A stretch of 64,000 bases of DNA. Origin: Candidatus Saccharimonadales bacterium. Lineage in GTDB: Bacteria; Patescibacteriota; Saccharimonadia; Saccharimonadales; UBA4665. Positions within the stretch are counted from its first letter, which is position 1; the number at the start of each line of letters is the position of its first letter. Shown here piece after piece: positions 9,408 to 18,126 of this stretch. The stretch lies in the NCBI GenBank assembly GCA_035480095.1, contig DATIIC010000019.1, forward strand, positions 17,658 through 81,657, written 5' to 3'. Below the pieces are notes generated by a model. The model worked only from the letters and a program-made list of their open reading frames with translations, did not search any database and was not told where the DNA came from. The position numbers and the translations under genes were made by a program.

Positions 9408-11078
9408 TTAGAAGTGTTCGCGGATGTGGCTGTAGCTGTACTTCCAGTCGGCGTTGGCTTTTTTGTGCGGGTTGAAGATGCCGGCCGGGTCGAACGTGGT
9501 TTTAACTTCGCGGAACAACCCCACGATTTCCTTGCCGAACTGGGCTTCCAGCCATGGGCCGCGCACCAGGCCGTCGTTGTGTTCGCCGCTTAGGGACCCG
9601 CCGTATTGCAGCACCAAATCGTTGACTTCTTTCTGCGATGGCTCAATTTTGCGGCGCTCTTTGGGGTCTTCGATGCGCATCAGCGGGATGACGTGGAAGT
9701 TGCCGTCGCCCATGTGCCCGGCAATCGTCGCAAACAAACCGTACTTTTTAATAATCTTCCGTAGCTTGGGCAGGAACTCGGGCAAGTTCTTGGGCGGCAC
9801 AATGAAATCGTCGATGTACGGCGCGGTGTGCTTGTCCTTCACTTTGCTGCGCAGCAATTGGAAGCTGTAGCGGCGCATAATCCAAAACTTCTCGCTCTTG
9901 GCTTCCGATGGGTCTTCCTCGAAGCCGTTGATTTCGTAGCGGGCACGGTACTCCGCCAGTTCCTCGTGCAGGGCATGGACTTTTTTGCGCACTTCCGCTT
10001 CGGTTTCGCCGTTGAACTCAACCATCAGAATTAATTTAGGGATGCCGCGCAATAATTGCAGGCCGTCCGGTATGAGCGTGACCAGCAGGTGGATGAAGCG
10101 CTTCCAGCCCAAGATTTTCAGGAACGATGGCATAAAGCGGATGCTCAGCCAGAGCGTGGCGTCGTCGAAACTTTCGAAGGTGGCCGGTTGGTGCTCCAGC
10201 ACTTTGGGGATGAGCTCGCCCAGTTTGTCGATGTCTTTCAGGAACAGCACCAGCAGCCCGGAGTGCGCCCGGTGCGGCACCAACCGATACGTGATGTCTG
10301 TCACGAACCCTAGCGTGCCTTCAGAGCCCACAATCAACTTCGTCAGGTCAAAGATGCCGGACTCGCGGTCCCACACATCCCACAGCGTATAGCCCATGCT
10401 GTTTTTGCTGACTTTCGGCCGTGCCGCCTTAATCTCGTCGTAGTGCTTTTCGCACAAATCATAGATGCGCTTGTAGATGTTGCCCTCGTAATCTTTTTGG
10501 GCAATCTTCTTTTCCAGTTCCTTTTTGTTCAGCGGCTTCAGCGTGTATTCGTTGCCGTCGGCAAACACCACGCGCAGCTCGTTCACAAAGTTCTGGACTT
10601 TGCCGTACTCCAATGATTTTTCGCCGCCAGAGTTGTTGGCCACCATGCCGCCGACGGTGCAGAGGTCGCGGGACGCCGGGTAGCTCGGCATCAGGGCGTT
10701 TTGTTTCAAGGTCTCTTTTTCGAAGTCGCGGTAGAACACGCCCGGCTGGGTTTGGGCTTCCGTGGCCGTCACACGCTCCACTTTGTTGAAGTGCGCGTTA
10801 AAGTCCACGATGACGGATTCGTTGATAGCGCCGCCGGCCATGTCGGTGCCGGCGCTGCGGGCAGTTACGGACAGGTCCGGCATGGTTTTCTTCTTAGACG
10901 AGACAAGTTTGATGAGCGTTTGGACGTCGGCGCTGTCTTTGGGCATGACCACCAGCTTAGGGCGGAGCTCGAACATGCTGGCGTCGTGGCTGTATTTGTC
11001 TTTGGCAGCAGGGGAGTCATCCAGTTCGCCCTTAAAGCCGCTGCGAACTAGAGCCTGCTTAAAATCTTCCATAAGCAT
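9408..11078 (-). CDS. FAD-binding oxidoreductase (FAD_binding_4 family; D-lactate dehydrogenase or GlcD-like)
   Basis: This 556-aa protein has an N-terminal FAD-binding PCMH-type region (VVMPKDSADVQTLIKL...ARSAGTDMAGG) and a C-terminal FAD-linked oxidase-like region (HNDGLVRG). Confidence 0.8.
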   Translation of the reverse strand: MLMEDFKQALVRSGFKGELDDSPAAKDKYSHDASMFELRPKLVVMPKDSADVQTLIKLVSSKKKTMPDLSVTARSAGTDMAGGAINESVIVDFNAHFNKVERVTATEAQTQPGVFYRDFEKETLKQNALMPSYPASRDLCTVGGMVANNSGGEKSLEYGKVQNFVNELRVVFADGNEYTLKPLNKKELEKKIAQKDYEGNIYKRIYDLCEKHYDEIKAARPKVSKNSMGYTLWDVWDRESGIFDLTKLIVGSEGTLGFVTDITYRLVPHRAHSGLLVLFLKDIDKLGELIPKVLEHQPATFESFDDATLWLSIRFMPSFLKILGWKRFIHLLVTLIPDGLQLLRGIPKLILMVEFNGETEAEVRKKVHALHEELAEYRARYEINGFEEDPSEAKSEKFWIMRRYSFQLLRSKVKDKHTAPYIDDFIVPPKNLPEFLPKLRKIIKKYGLFATIAGHMGDGNFHVIPLMRIEDPKERRKIEPSQKEVNDLVLQYGGSLSGEHNDGLVRGPWLEAQFGKEIVGLFREVKTTFDPAGIFNPHKKANADWKYSYSHIREHF

Positions 11079-11172
11079 AAGCTTATCACAAACCTCACAT
11101 TTCGTGCGCTAGGCTTAGTTTCATAGCGCCGCAAAGCAAAATATGCTAGCGGCTTGCAACTGGGGAAATTGC

Positions 11173-11181
11173 TGCTACAAT
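11173..11181 (+). promoter_or_regulatory. extended -10 box TGCTACAAT, with TTGCAA 16 nt upstream, serving ndh
   Basis: TTGCAA sits at 11154..11159 and TACAAT at 11176..11181. The ATG at 11192 lies 10 nt downstream. The track's ATG at 11180 overlaps the -10 box. Confidence 0.5.
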
Positions 11182-11191
11182 GGGTGCCGAA

Positions 11192-12388
11192 ATGGAAAAA
11201 ACACAGAAACAACGCATCGTTGTCGTCGGCGGCGGCTTTGGTGGCGTAAAGACAGCTCTAGAACTAGCCGCTCACCCCAGTAACTTTGAAATCACGCTCA
11301 TTTCCGAGCGGCCGGATTTTTGGTACTTCCCAACTCTCTACCATACGGCCACGGGCGGTAGCAACACGCAGAGCAGCATTGCGCTTAAAGAACTTTTCCA
11401 CAAGAAGCCGGTCAAGATTATTGTCGGCAAGGCCACGGTCCTCGACCGCGAAGCCAAAACAGTCAAACTCGAAGATAAGACGGCCGTACCATACGACCGT
11501 CTTGTTTTAGCGCTCGGTGTCGTCACTAACTACTTCGGCATCCCCGGCCTGGCCGAATACAGCTTCGGTGTCAAATCCATTGCCGAAGCCGAAACGCTAA
11601 AGCGCCACCTGCACGAACAAATCACCGACAACAGCAAGCCGGAACTCAGCTACGTCGTAGTCGGCGGCGGCCCGACCGGCATCGAGCTAGCCGGCGCCAT
11701 GACGAAATACATCAAATTCATCATGAAGAACCACGGCGTGGAAGACCGCCGCGTGCACGTCGACCTAGTCGAGGGCAACGAGCGCCTGATGCCGCGCATG
11801 CCCAAGAGTGTCGGCCTGGCCATCGAGCGCCGCTTGAAGCGCCTGGGCGTTAATTTGTACCTGGGCAAAACCGTCGAAGGCGCCACCGCCGACGAACTAA
11901 TGGTCTCCGGCAAGCCCATCCGCAGCCACACCATCATCTGGACCGCCGGCCAGGCCAACAACCCGTTCTTTACCGAAAACGCGTTCGCACTCAGCCCACG
12001 TAAAAAGGTTGAGGTCGATGAATTCCTGCGCGCCAGCAAAGACATCTTCGTCATCGGCGACAACGCCGAAACCGTCTACAGCGGCATGGCCCAAACCGCC
12101 ATTTACGACGCCGACTTCGTGGCCCACAACATGGTCAAGGACGCCAAGGGCGAACCGAAGCTGGCCTACCGGCCGAAGAAACCCATTTACGTCACCCCCG
12201 CCGGTTCGTACTGGGCGGCAGTGGAGTGGGGCAACACGCACATCTACGGCAAGCTCGGCTGGCTACTGCGCGAAGCCGGCGACTTTGTGGCCTTTACCGA
12301 CATCGAACCCATCCCCTCGGCCGTCGGCCAATGGGCGCAAGTCCTCAAGCACCAACATCTTTGTGACACCTGCGGCGCCGCTTCTTAA
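11192..12388 (+). CDS. ndh: type II NADH:quinone oxidoreductase (NDH-2)
   Basis: It has two dinucleotide-binding folds (RIVVVGGGFGGV and YVVVGGGPTGIELAG). An alternative start at 11180 is possible. Confidence 0.85.
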   Translation: MEKTQKQRIVVVGGGFGGVKTALELAAHPSNFEITLISERPDFWYFPTLYHTATGGSNTQSSIALKELFHKKPVKIIVGKATVLDREAKTVKLEDKTAVPYDRLVLALGVVTNYFGIPGLAEYSFGVKSIAEAETLKRHLHEQITDNSKPELSYVVVGGGPTGIELAGAMTKYIKFIMKNHGVEDRRVHVDLVEGNERLMPRMPKSVGLAIERRLKRLGVNLYLGKTVEGATADELMVSGKPIRSHTIIWTAGQANNPFFTENAFALSPRKKVEVDEFLRASKDIFVIGDNAETVYSGMAQTAIYDADFVAHNMVKDAKGEPKLAYRPKKPIYVTPAGSYWAAVEWGNTHIYGKLGWLLREAGDFVAFTDIEPIPSAVGQWAQVLKHQHLCDTCGAAS

Positions 12389-12407
12389 GTAACACATGGA
12401 ATGAGAA

Positions 12408-12437
12408 CCCTCCGCATCCGCGGGGCGTTTTTATTTT
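12408..12437 (+). terminator. putative rho-independent terminator between convergent ndh and the ABC permease gene
   Basis: A CCTCCGC-ATCC-GCGGGG stem (with one G-U pair) is followed by CGTTTTTATTTT. Confidence 0.4.
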
Positions 12438-12457
12438 GGGGCGAGTGCAGCCTTAGC

Positions 12458-13258
12458 TTAGCCAGTCGTTTTCTTGCGGAACAGGTAGCTGGAGACGGGG
12501 ATGGCCACGGCCAGGATGCCCAGGCACCAGACTACGGATAGCCACACGTAGTTGCCCACGGGCAGGCCGTTCATGAGCGCCCGGATGGCGTTGACTACCT
12601 GGGTAATGGGCTGGTTTTCGGCAAAGGCCTTCAGGCCCGCCGACATTCCGGCGGTAGGCACAAAGGCGGATGAAGCGAACGTCAAAGGGAACACCAGCAC
12701 AAAGCCCAGCCACTGCACGCCCTCGACACTTTTGGCCACAATGCCCATGATGGCCGAAAGCCACGAAAAGGCCAGGGTAAACAGCAGCAAAATGCCGGCG
12801 ATGACCAGCCAGTCGGTAAAGCTGGCGCTGGGGCGGAAGCCAATCAGCAGACCCACCAGAATCATAACGGTGGTAGAAATCATGTTCCGGAACAGGTCCG
12901 ACACCACGTGGCCGTTTAGCACCGCCAGGTTAAACATGGGTAAGGAGCGGAACCGGTCCATAATGCCTTTTTGCAGGTCGTTGGCCACTGCCAGTGAGGT
13001 AGTGGTGGAACCAAACGCCGCGGTTTGGACGATGATGCCGGCAATCAGGAAGTTGATGTAGCTGCCATGCCCGGTCTTGATGGCCGCGCCAAACACATAC
13101 ACAAACAGCACCAGGAACATGATGGGCTGGAAGAACGCGCCCAGCAGTTGGTCGCGGTTGCGGATGATGTGGCGGCTGCTGCGGCCAATCATCAGTAGCG
13201 AATCGGTAATGGCAAACATCCATTTGGGTTTGTGCGAAAATTGTAGTTCTGCTGCCAT
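12458..13258 (-). CDS. ABC-2 type transporter permease (DrrB-like)
   Basis: This 266-aa protein has six TM helices and lies 2 nt downstream of the ATPase gene. Confidence 0.85.
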   Translation of the reverse strand: MAAELQFSHKPKWMFAITDSLLMIGRSSRHIIRNRDQLLGAFFQPIMFLVLFVYVFGAAIKTGHGSYINFLIAGIIVQTAAFGSTTTSLAVANDLQKGIMDRFRSLPMFNLAVLNGHVVSDLFRNMISTTVMILVGLLIGFRPSASFTDWLVIAGILLLFTLAFSWLSAIMGIVAKSVEGVQWLGFVLVFPLTFASSAFVPTAGMSAGLKAFAENQPITQVVNAIRALMNGLPVGNYVWLSVVWCLGILAVAIPVSSYLFRKKTTG

Positions 13259-13260
13259 GA

Positions 13261-14229
13261 TTATTTCTCCTCCGCTTCGGCTTCGTCATGCGCTTTTTGT
13301 TTGCCGGTTAGGCTTAGGAACACGTCGTCGAGCGTGGGTTTGTGCACGTTCAGGCTGGCCACGGTCACCTTGGCCCGGTCTAGCGTTTCTAGCACGTCTT
13401 TTACGTCTTTGTTGGTGTCGGTTATCACGGTAGTTAGGCTGTTTTCTTTGTCGTTAGTATCTACCACGCGTTTGCCCAGTAGTTCTACGGCCTGCTGCAG
13501 TGCTTTGGCGCTGGTGAAGGTCAGCTCCAGGCGGTCTTTACCCACCTTGGACTTGAGCTCGCTGGCGCTGCCCTCGGCTATCACTTTGCCGCCGTCTATC
13601 ACCACAATGTTGTCGGCCAGTTGGTCGGCTTCTTCCAGGTACTGGGTGGTTAGCAGGATGGTGGTGCCGCCGGCCAGCAGGTTTTTGATGATGCCCCACA
13701 TGCTCTGGCGGCTGCGCGGGTCCAGCCCGGTGGTTGGTTCGTCCAGGAAGATAATGGGCGGAGTAGCAATGAGGCTAACGGCCAGGTCTAGGCGCCGGCG
13801 CATGCCGCCGCTGTAGGTTTTTAGCGGGCGGTCGGCGGCTTTTACTAGGTCGAACTCGGCCAGCAGTTCCGTGGCCCGGGCCTGGGCGCTGTGCTTGGTT
13901 AGGCGGTACAGGCGGCCCATCATCACCAGGTTTTCGCGGCCGGTTAGCATTTCGTCCACCGCGGCACTCTGGCCGGTCAGGCCAATCACGCTGCGCACCT
14001 TTTGCGCTTCCGCCAGCACATCGTGCCCCTCAATTGTTACGCTGCCGCCATCTGCCCGCAGCAGGGTACTCAGGATGCGCACAGTGGTAGTCTTGCCAGC
14101 CCCGTTTGGCCCCAGCAGCGCCAGCATGGTCCCACGCTGCACGCTAAAGTTAACGCCCTTTAAAACCTCGTTCTTGCCATACGCCTTGCGCAGGTTTTTA
14201 ACCGAAATAACTGTGTCATTTTGTTGCAT
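13261..14229 (-). CDS. ABC transporter ATP-binding protein (DrrA-like)
   Basis: It has Walker A GPNGAGKTT, signature YSGGMRRRL and Walker B IIFLDEPTTGLD. An extended -10 box (TGTTAAACT, 14239..14247) lies 9 nt upstream of the ATG. Confidence 0.9.
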   Translation of the reverse strand: MQQNDTVISVKNLRKAYGKNEVLKGVNFSVQRGTMLALLGPNGAGKTTTVRILSTLLRADGGSVTIEGHDVLAEAQKVRSVIGLTGQSAAVDEMLTGRENLVMMGRLYRLTKHSAQARATELLAEFDLVKAADRPLKTYSGGMRRRLDLAVSLIATPPIIFLDEPTTGLDPRSRQSMWGIIKNLLAGGTTILLTTQYLEEADQLADNIVVIDGGKVIAEGSASELKSKVGKDRLELTFTSAKALQQAVELLGKRVVDTNDKENSLTTVITDTNKDVKDVLETLDRAKVTVASLNVHKPTLDDVFLSLTGKQKAHDEAEAEEK

Positions 14230-14339
14230 ACGGGTATTAGTTTAACAGATGTTGTGCCGGTAAATCCAAACCTGTGGCTTCAATACACGCACAGTGGTAA
14301 GATTGGATTAGTGCTTAATCGTGGTGGGATGAGGCAAAC

Positions 14340-15662
14340 ATGGCAAATAATGTATTCCCACATTTCAAAGTTATAACCGAAACAAACTGCCTAGCCCCCA
14401 GACTTGAAAATCTAGTGGAACAGGTTCCGTACTCCGGCTTCAGGGAAGCTATGGGTAATTTAATAGCGATACGCAAATCGCTACGCATGCTTAGTGCCGC
14501 TGGACGTATTAGCGAAATATCAAATTGGCAACAATACTGTGAAGCTCTATGTTGGATAAACGGTGAGGCACCACTGACTACATGGTACCCGGTTGCCCAG
14601 ATTGATGATTACAGACAAATTGACGAGGCGACAGCGAACAGTTTTAACTCGTATGTCGCCAGCCTTAAAAGCACCCTCAATGGGCAACCCACATACACAC
14701 AGACCCAACTCTATGTCGCAGCCATCGAATCAAAACTCGTTGATGACATAGTTCACGAACAAATCGAACCACTGCGCACCGATTTCGACAGTGCAATGAC
14801 CGAGGGCCGCACAAACCTCATCAGCTCTCTTGAGGAGTTGCAGTCCCAGAAGGCACTGGATCTTAACACGAGCTTTAATACGCAGCTTCAGGATATTCAC
14901 GTTGCCAAAGACGGAGCCATTGCCGAGTTTACCCAAGCACGTGCACTTGCAGACTGGAGTGAATTTTACGAAGAGCGTGTAAAGGAATACGAGCTTGCAC
15001 TATACGGTAAACCGTGGCCGACAAATGCTATGAGAAAGAAGTACAAATCGTATCGAAAATTCCGGAATGGTTTACCGAAATCGAATACTTGGCAATCAGA
15101 TTTGGCAGGTGTGCCGGTAGGCGAATCATCGGTAAGCGCATTTGTTAAGGGTTCTGTGCGCTGCATATCCAAGGGCATGCCAATAGTACGCTCTAAGGCT
15201 AGATCCTACAGTGGAAAACGAACTATGTGGTTTTCTCTACTTGTAGCCAGCGTCTTGTTAGTTGTTCTAGTAAACCTTGCGAGTGTATATGATATACATT
15301 CTTTCCTAGGCATTGACCCCACGAAGTTACGTCCGACCCACGAGGACACCCAATTATTCGCAAAGATAGCCACCTATGTTGCGCTCTTTGCGATACCATC
15401 GCTTGGATATTCCTTTGCCAACAAAAACTATCGCATTTATTCGAACATACTCGAGCAATACCGTCACCGAGCCATTGTTGCAAAGACAATTCAGGGCGTA
15501 CTGAAGCAGGAACATGACGATTCGACCAAGGATATCCGGCAACAGCTCACTGCAGTTGCTGCAATTGCAATGTTTGAGCAGAAGACGATTGGTCACCTGA
15601 CCAAGAACGAAGCAAACTCAACCTCCGTACTTGATTTAATAACAGCCTTTAAACAATCCTAG
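14340..15662 (+). CDS. hypothetical protein: helical or coiled-coil N-terminal two-thirds, then two TM helices and an amphipathic tail
   Basis: This 440-aa ORF is visibly AT-richer than its flanks. The TM helices are MWFSLLVASVLLVVLVNLASVY and LFAKIATYVALFAIPSLGYSF. No enzymatic motif was recognised. Confidence 0.6.
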   Translation: MANNVFPHFKVITETNCLAPRLENLVEQVPYSGFREAMGNLIAIRKSLRMLSAAGRISEISNWQQYCEALCWINGEAPLTTWYPVAQIDDYRQIDEATANSFNSYVASLKSTLNGQPTYTQTQLYVAAIESKLVDDIVHEQIEPLRTDFDSAMTEGRTNLISSLEELQSQKALDLNTSFNTQLQDIHVAKDGAIAEFTQARALADWSEFYEERVKEYELALYGKPWPTNAMRKKYKSYRKFRNGLPKSNTWQSDLAGVPVGESSVSAFVKGSVRCISKGMPIVRSKARSYSGKRTMWFSLLVASVLLVVLVNLASVYDIHSFLGIDPTKLRPTHEDTQLFAKIATYVALFAIPSLGYSFANKNYRIYSNILEQYRHRAIVAKTIQGVLKQEHDDSTKDIRQQLTAVAAIAMFEQKTIGHLTKNEANSTSVLDLITAFKQS

Positions 15663-15687
15663 CTAGGCTTAGGCTTGAGATAAAGTC

Positions 15688-16476
15688 ATGAGCGATTCAA
15701 GTCAAGATGTCCCGACGACCAGTCTCACAGAAAAAGGAGGCTTGTGCAGACTTTGCCTAGAGAATAAGCCCGACATGAGGGCTCATATTATGGCCGAAGG
15801 GCTTATGAAGCTCATCCACGGCCAACCGGAATATGACGGGCGGTTTATAATGGTTGGTCCTGACCTTCCTCGGCCCATCAACCGACCGACAGGCTCCTAC
15901 GACAGAACCATACTGTGCCGAAAATGTGACAACCAACTTGGGTCACTCGATGAGGTGGCTATTCAATTCTGTAAACGCACTGATTTGAAGCCACACCCCT
16001 CTGGGGCTGCATTTACCATAACGGGAGTTGACGCAAAGAAGCTTAAACTCTTTGCCCTCTCCTATGTTTGGAGAGCCTCGATAACAAATCTGGACGAATA
16101 CAAAGGCGTAAGCTTGGGCGTCCATCATGAGGAGATGATTAGAAACATGCTCATCGAGAACAATTCTGGTGGTGCTGACGATTACTCCGTGCTTATATCA
16201 AAGTTCAAGCTGCCTGCTGACAAGGAAAAATGGGGAATGCACGTACTTAATCCTGTGGCCAATCGAATGGACGGGATTAACCTCGTTGACGTTTACCTTC
16301 CAAATCTTTACAAGCTTAAAGTGAAGGTCGACAGGCGACCCTTCACTCAAGGAATGGGGAGGATGGGTCTTGGTGCAACAGATGAAATATTAGTCTTGGA
16401 CATGGGAGAGTATACAGCTTCACAAGAATTCTCAATTATGCATCGGGCAATTATGAATACACGTTCTCAATCTTAG
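15688..16476 (+). CDS. HNH_5-like zinc-finger nuclease-fold protein with an uncharacterised C-terminal domain
   Basis: This 262-aa protein has CRLC...AHIMAEGL...CRKCDNQLGSLDE, which fits the CxxC..(E/D)H..P/E..L....CxxCN...G..D pattern of HNH_5-type proteins. It is AT-richer than the flanks. Confidence 0.5.
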   Translation: MSDSSQDVPTTSLTEKGGLCRLCLENKPDMRAHIMAEGLMKLIHGQPEYDGRFIMVGPDLPRPINRPTGSYDRTILCRKCDNQLGSLDEVAIQFCKRTDLKPHPSGAAFTITGVDAKKLKLFALSYVWRASITNLDEYKGVSLGVHHEEMIRNMLIENNSGGADDYSVLISKFKLPADKEKWGMHVLNPVANRMDGINLVDVYLPNLYKLKVKVDRRPFTQGMGRMGLGATDEILVLDMGEYTASQEFSIMHRAIMNTRSQS

Positions 16477-16524
16477 GGCCAACACAAAAGTCAGTCCAAG
16501 AGAGCCGGTTTTTGCGAGGCGTGG

Positions 16525-17514
16525 CTAGCCAAAGGTGAACACCAACACCTGCGCGCCGGGCTGGAGGAATTCGATTTGGAATAGGCGGTCCTGGATGGGT
16601 TGTTGGCTACGGATTAGCTGGTACATGCGCTGTTCGGTGGCCGTGCCGTTGCCCTCGGCATCTGCGTCTTCGCCGTGTGCGCCGTGCGGTGGTTCGCCGT
16701 CCAGCCGCACCCGGAACTGCACCGAGCCGCCGTGCGTAACCGGGCCCATTACCAGGTTTAGGTCGCGGGCGTGGAAGCGGAAGCTAAGGCTGGCGCTGGG
16801 TTCGTCGGCCACGGCGACGGTGTTGTCTACCGTCCAGGCGCCCTGGAGCGCCCACTGGTTTAGCCCCGGCGTGTCCTCGCCGTCGTAGGTGTGGCTGCGG
16901 CCCACGGCCAGGCCGCCGGGCGTTACGAAACCGTTGGCGCGGTCGTAGCCCAGGTAGGTTTCGGCCGAGCCCAAGTTGGTCCAGTCCGCCGGGGCGGCTG
17001 TACCGCGCAGGTCTACGTCTACCAAACTGTCGCTGACCTTTTCCGCACCGGCTTCCGCCAGCAGCTGCTGCAGCACCCGTTCGCACATTTCGTATTCACC
17101 CTCGCCGAAATGGTTGTAACGGATGCGCCCCTGGGCGTCCGCAAAATACAGCGCCGGCCAGTAGTGGTTGGCAAAGGCGTTCCAGATGGCGTAGTCGTTG
17201 TCTACCACCACGGGGTAGTCCACCTGCAGGCGCTGAATGGCTTGCTGCACGTTGGCCAGGTCGTGCTCCAGCGCAAACTCCGGCGTGTGCACGCCCAGCA
17301 CCACCAGCCCGGCCGCCCGGTATTTTTTGGACCAAGCCCGCACGTAGGGCAGGGTACGCAGCCAGTTTACGCAGGTGTAGGTCCAGAAGTTTACCAGCAC
17401 CACCTTGCCGCGCAGGGCCTCCGGCGTGAGCGGGTCGGTGTTAAACCACTGCGTAGCGCCCGTAAAGGGCGGCAGGTGTTCGGTGGCTGGCAGGTGGAAT
17501 ATTGCGCGGGTCAT
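16525..17514 (-). CDS. thioredoxin-fold redoxin with a DipZ-like C-terminal domain (single-Cys active site)
   Basis: This 329-aa protein has VVLVNFWTYTCVNWLRTLPY in place of the usual WCxxC/CxxC, followed by a roughly 150-aa beta-rich C-terminal domain. Confidence 0.75.
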   Translation of the reverse strand: MTRAIFHLPATEHLPPFTGATQWFNTDPLTPEALRGKVVLVNFWTYTCVNWLRTLPYVRAWSKKYRAAGLVVLGVHTPEFALEHDLANVQQAIQRLQVDYPVVVDNDYAIWNAFANHYWPALYFADAQGRIRYNHFGEGEYEMCERVLQQLLAEAGAEKVSDSLVDVDLRGTAAPADWTNLGSAETYLGYDRANGFVTPGGLAVGRSHTYDGEDTPGLNQWALQGAWTVDNTVAVADEPSASLSFRFHARDLNLVMGPVTHGGSVQFRVRLDGEPPHGAHGEDADAEGNGTATEQRMYQLIRSQQPIQDRLFQIEFLQPGAQVLVFTFG

Positions 17515-17641
17515 ACGTGCATACCATACTTGCTACACGGGCCGGCCTCTATAAAATTATTCACCCGCCGGCAAGCCCAGTGGTGCAAAGTAACGTCTGT
17601 CCATACTTGCATATTTTTAAATTATGTAATGAAATATATGG

Positions 17642-18037
17642 ATGTCTTCCATGGAGGCCTTGTTTTCCCTCAAACCATCCGCCCGAGACCTAACCGGCGT
17701 TGGCTGCTTTGCGGTGGGTGCAATCCGGGCCGGAACCCGTCTGCACATCCCAGGCGATACCGGTACGCGCCGGTTGAGTCTGGAGGAGGTTCCCGACACC
17801 CACCTAAAGTACTGCCCATTACTTGAATCGGGTGATTTCCTGGCACCCGCCAATTTCGCCCTAATGTCTGTGTTCTGGTACATCAACCACGACCGCGACC
17901 CCAATGTTATCGCCGACGGATGGCGGCTATTCGCCAAGCAGGACATGCCACCAGGGGAAGAGCTCACCCTCTATTATCCCGACCTGCTGACCCATCCCAA
18001 AAACAAACTCTGGGTAATTCCCGAACTGCACGTTTAG
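17642..18037 (+). CDS. SET domain-containing protein (putative protein-lysine methyltransferase)
   Basis: This 131-aa protein has GVGCFAVGAIRAGTRL, WYINHDRDPN (compare the NHSCxPN motif) and GEELTLYY (compare GEELxxxY). Confidence 0.7.
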   Translation: MSSMEALFSLKPSARDLTGVGCFAVGAIRAGTRLHIPGDTGTRRLSLEEVPDTHLKYCPLLESGDFLAPANFALMSVFWYINHDRDPNVIADGWRLFAKQDMPPGEELTLYYPDLLTHPKNKLWVIPELHV

Positions 18038-18111
18038 CTTGGGGTGCCGATGTGAAAGCTGGCCTTGTTGAGGGCCGGCTTTTGCTTAAACGCCCGCCAG
18101 TAAAACGTGCC

Positions 18112-18120
18112 TGCTACAAT
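18112..18120 (+). promoter_or_regulatory. extended -10 box TGCTACAAT, 6 nt upstream of ATG 18127 (leaderless arrangement)
   Basis: TGCTACAAT is followed by GGTGGC and then ATG. Confidence 0.55.
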
Positions 18121-18126
18121 GGTGGC

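Noticed and set aside
16891-17826. A 311-aa plus-strand ORF
   Set aside because: It is antisense to the redoxin gene for most of its length and has an Arg/Gly/Val-rich composition. It is a GC-driven open frame, not a gene.
17920-18126. The N-terminal extension of the FAD oxidoreductase ORF
   Set aside because: It overlaps the 3' end of the SET gene. The Rossmann motif starts right after ATG 18127, which has a -10 box 6 nt upstream.
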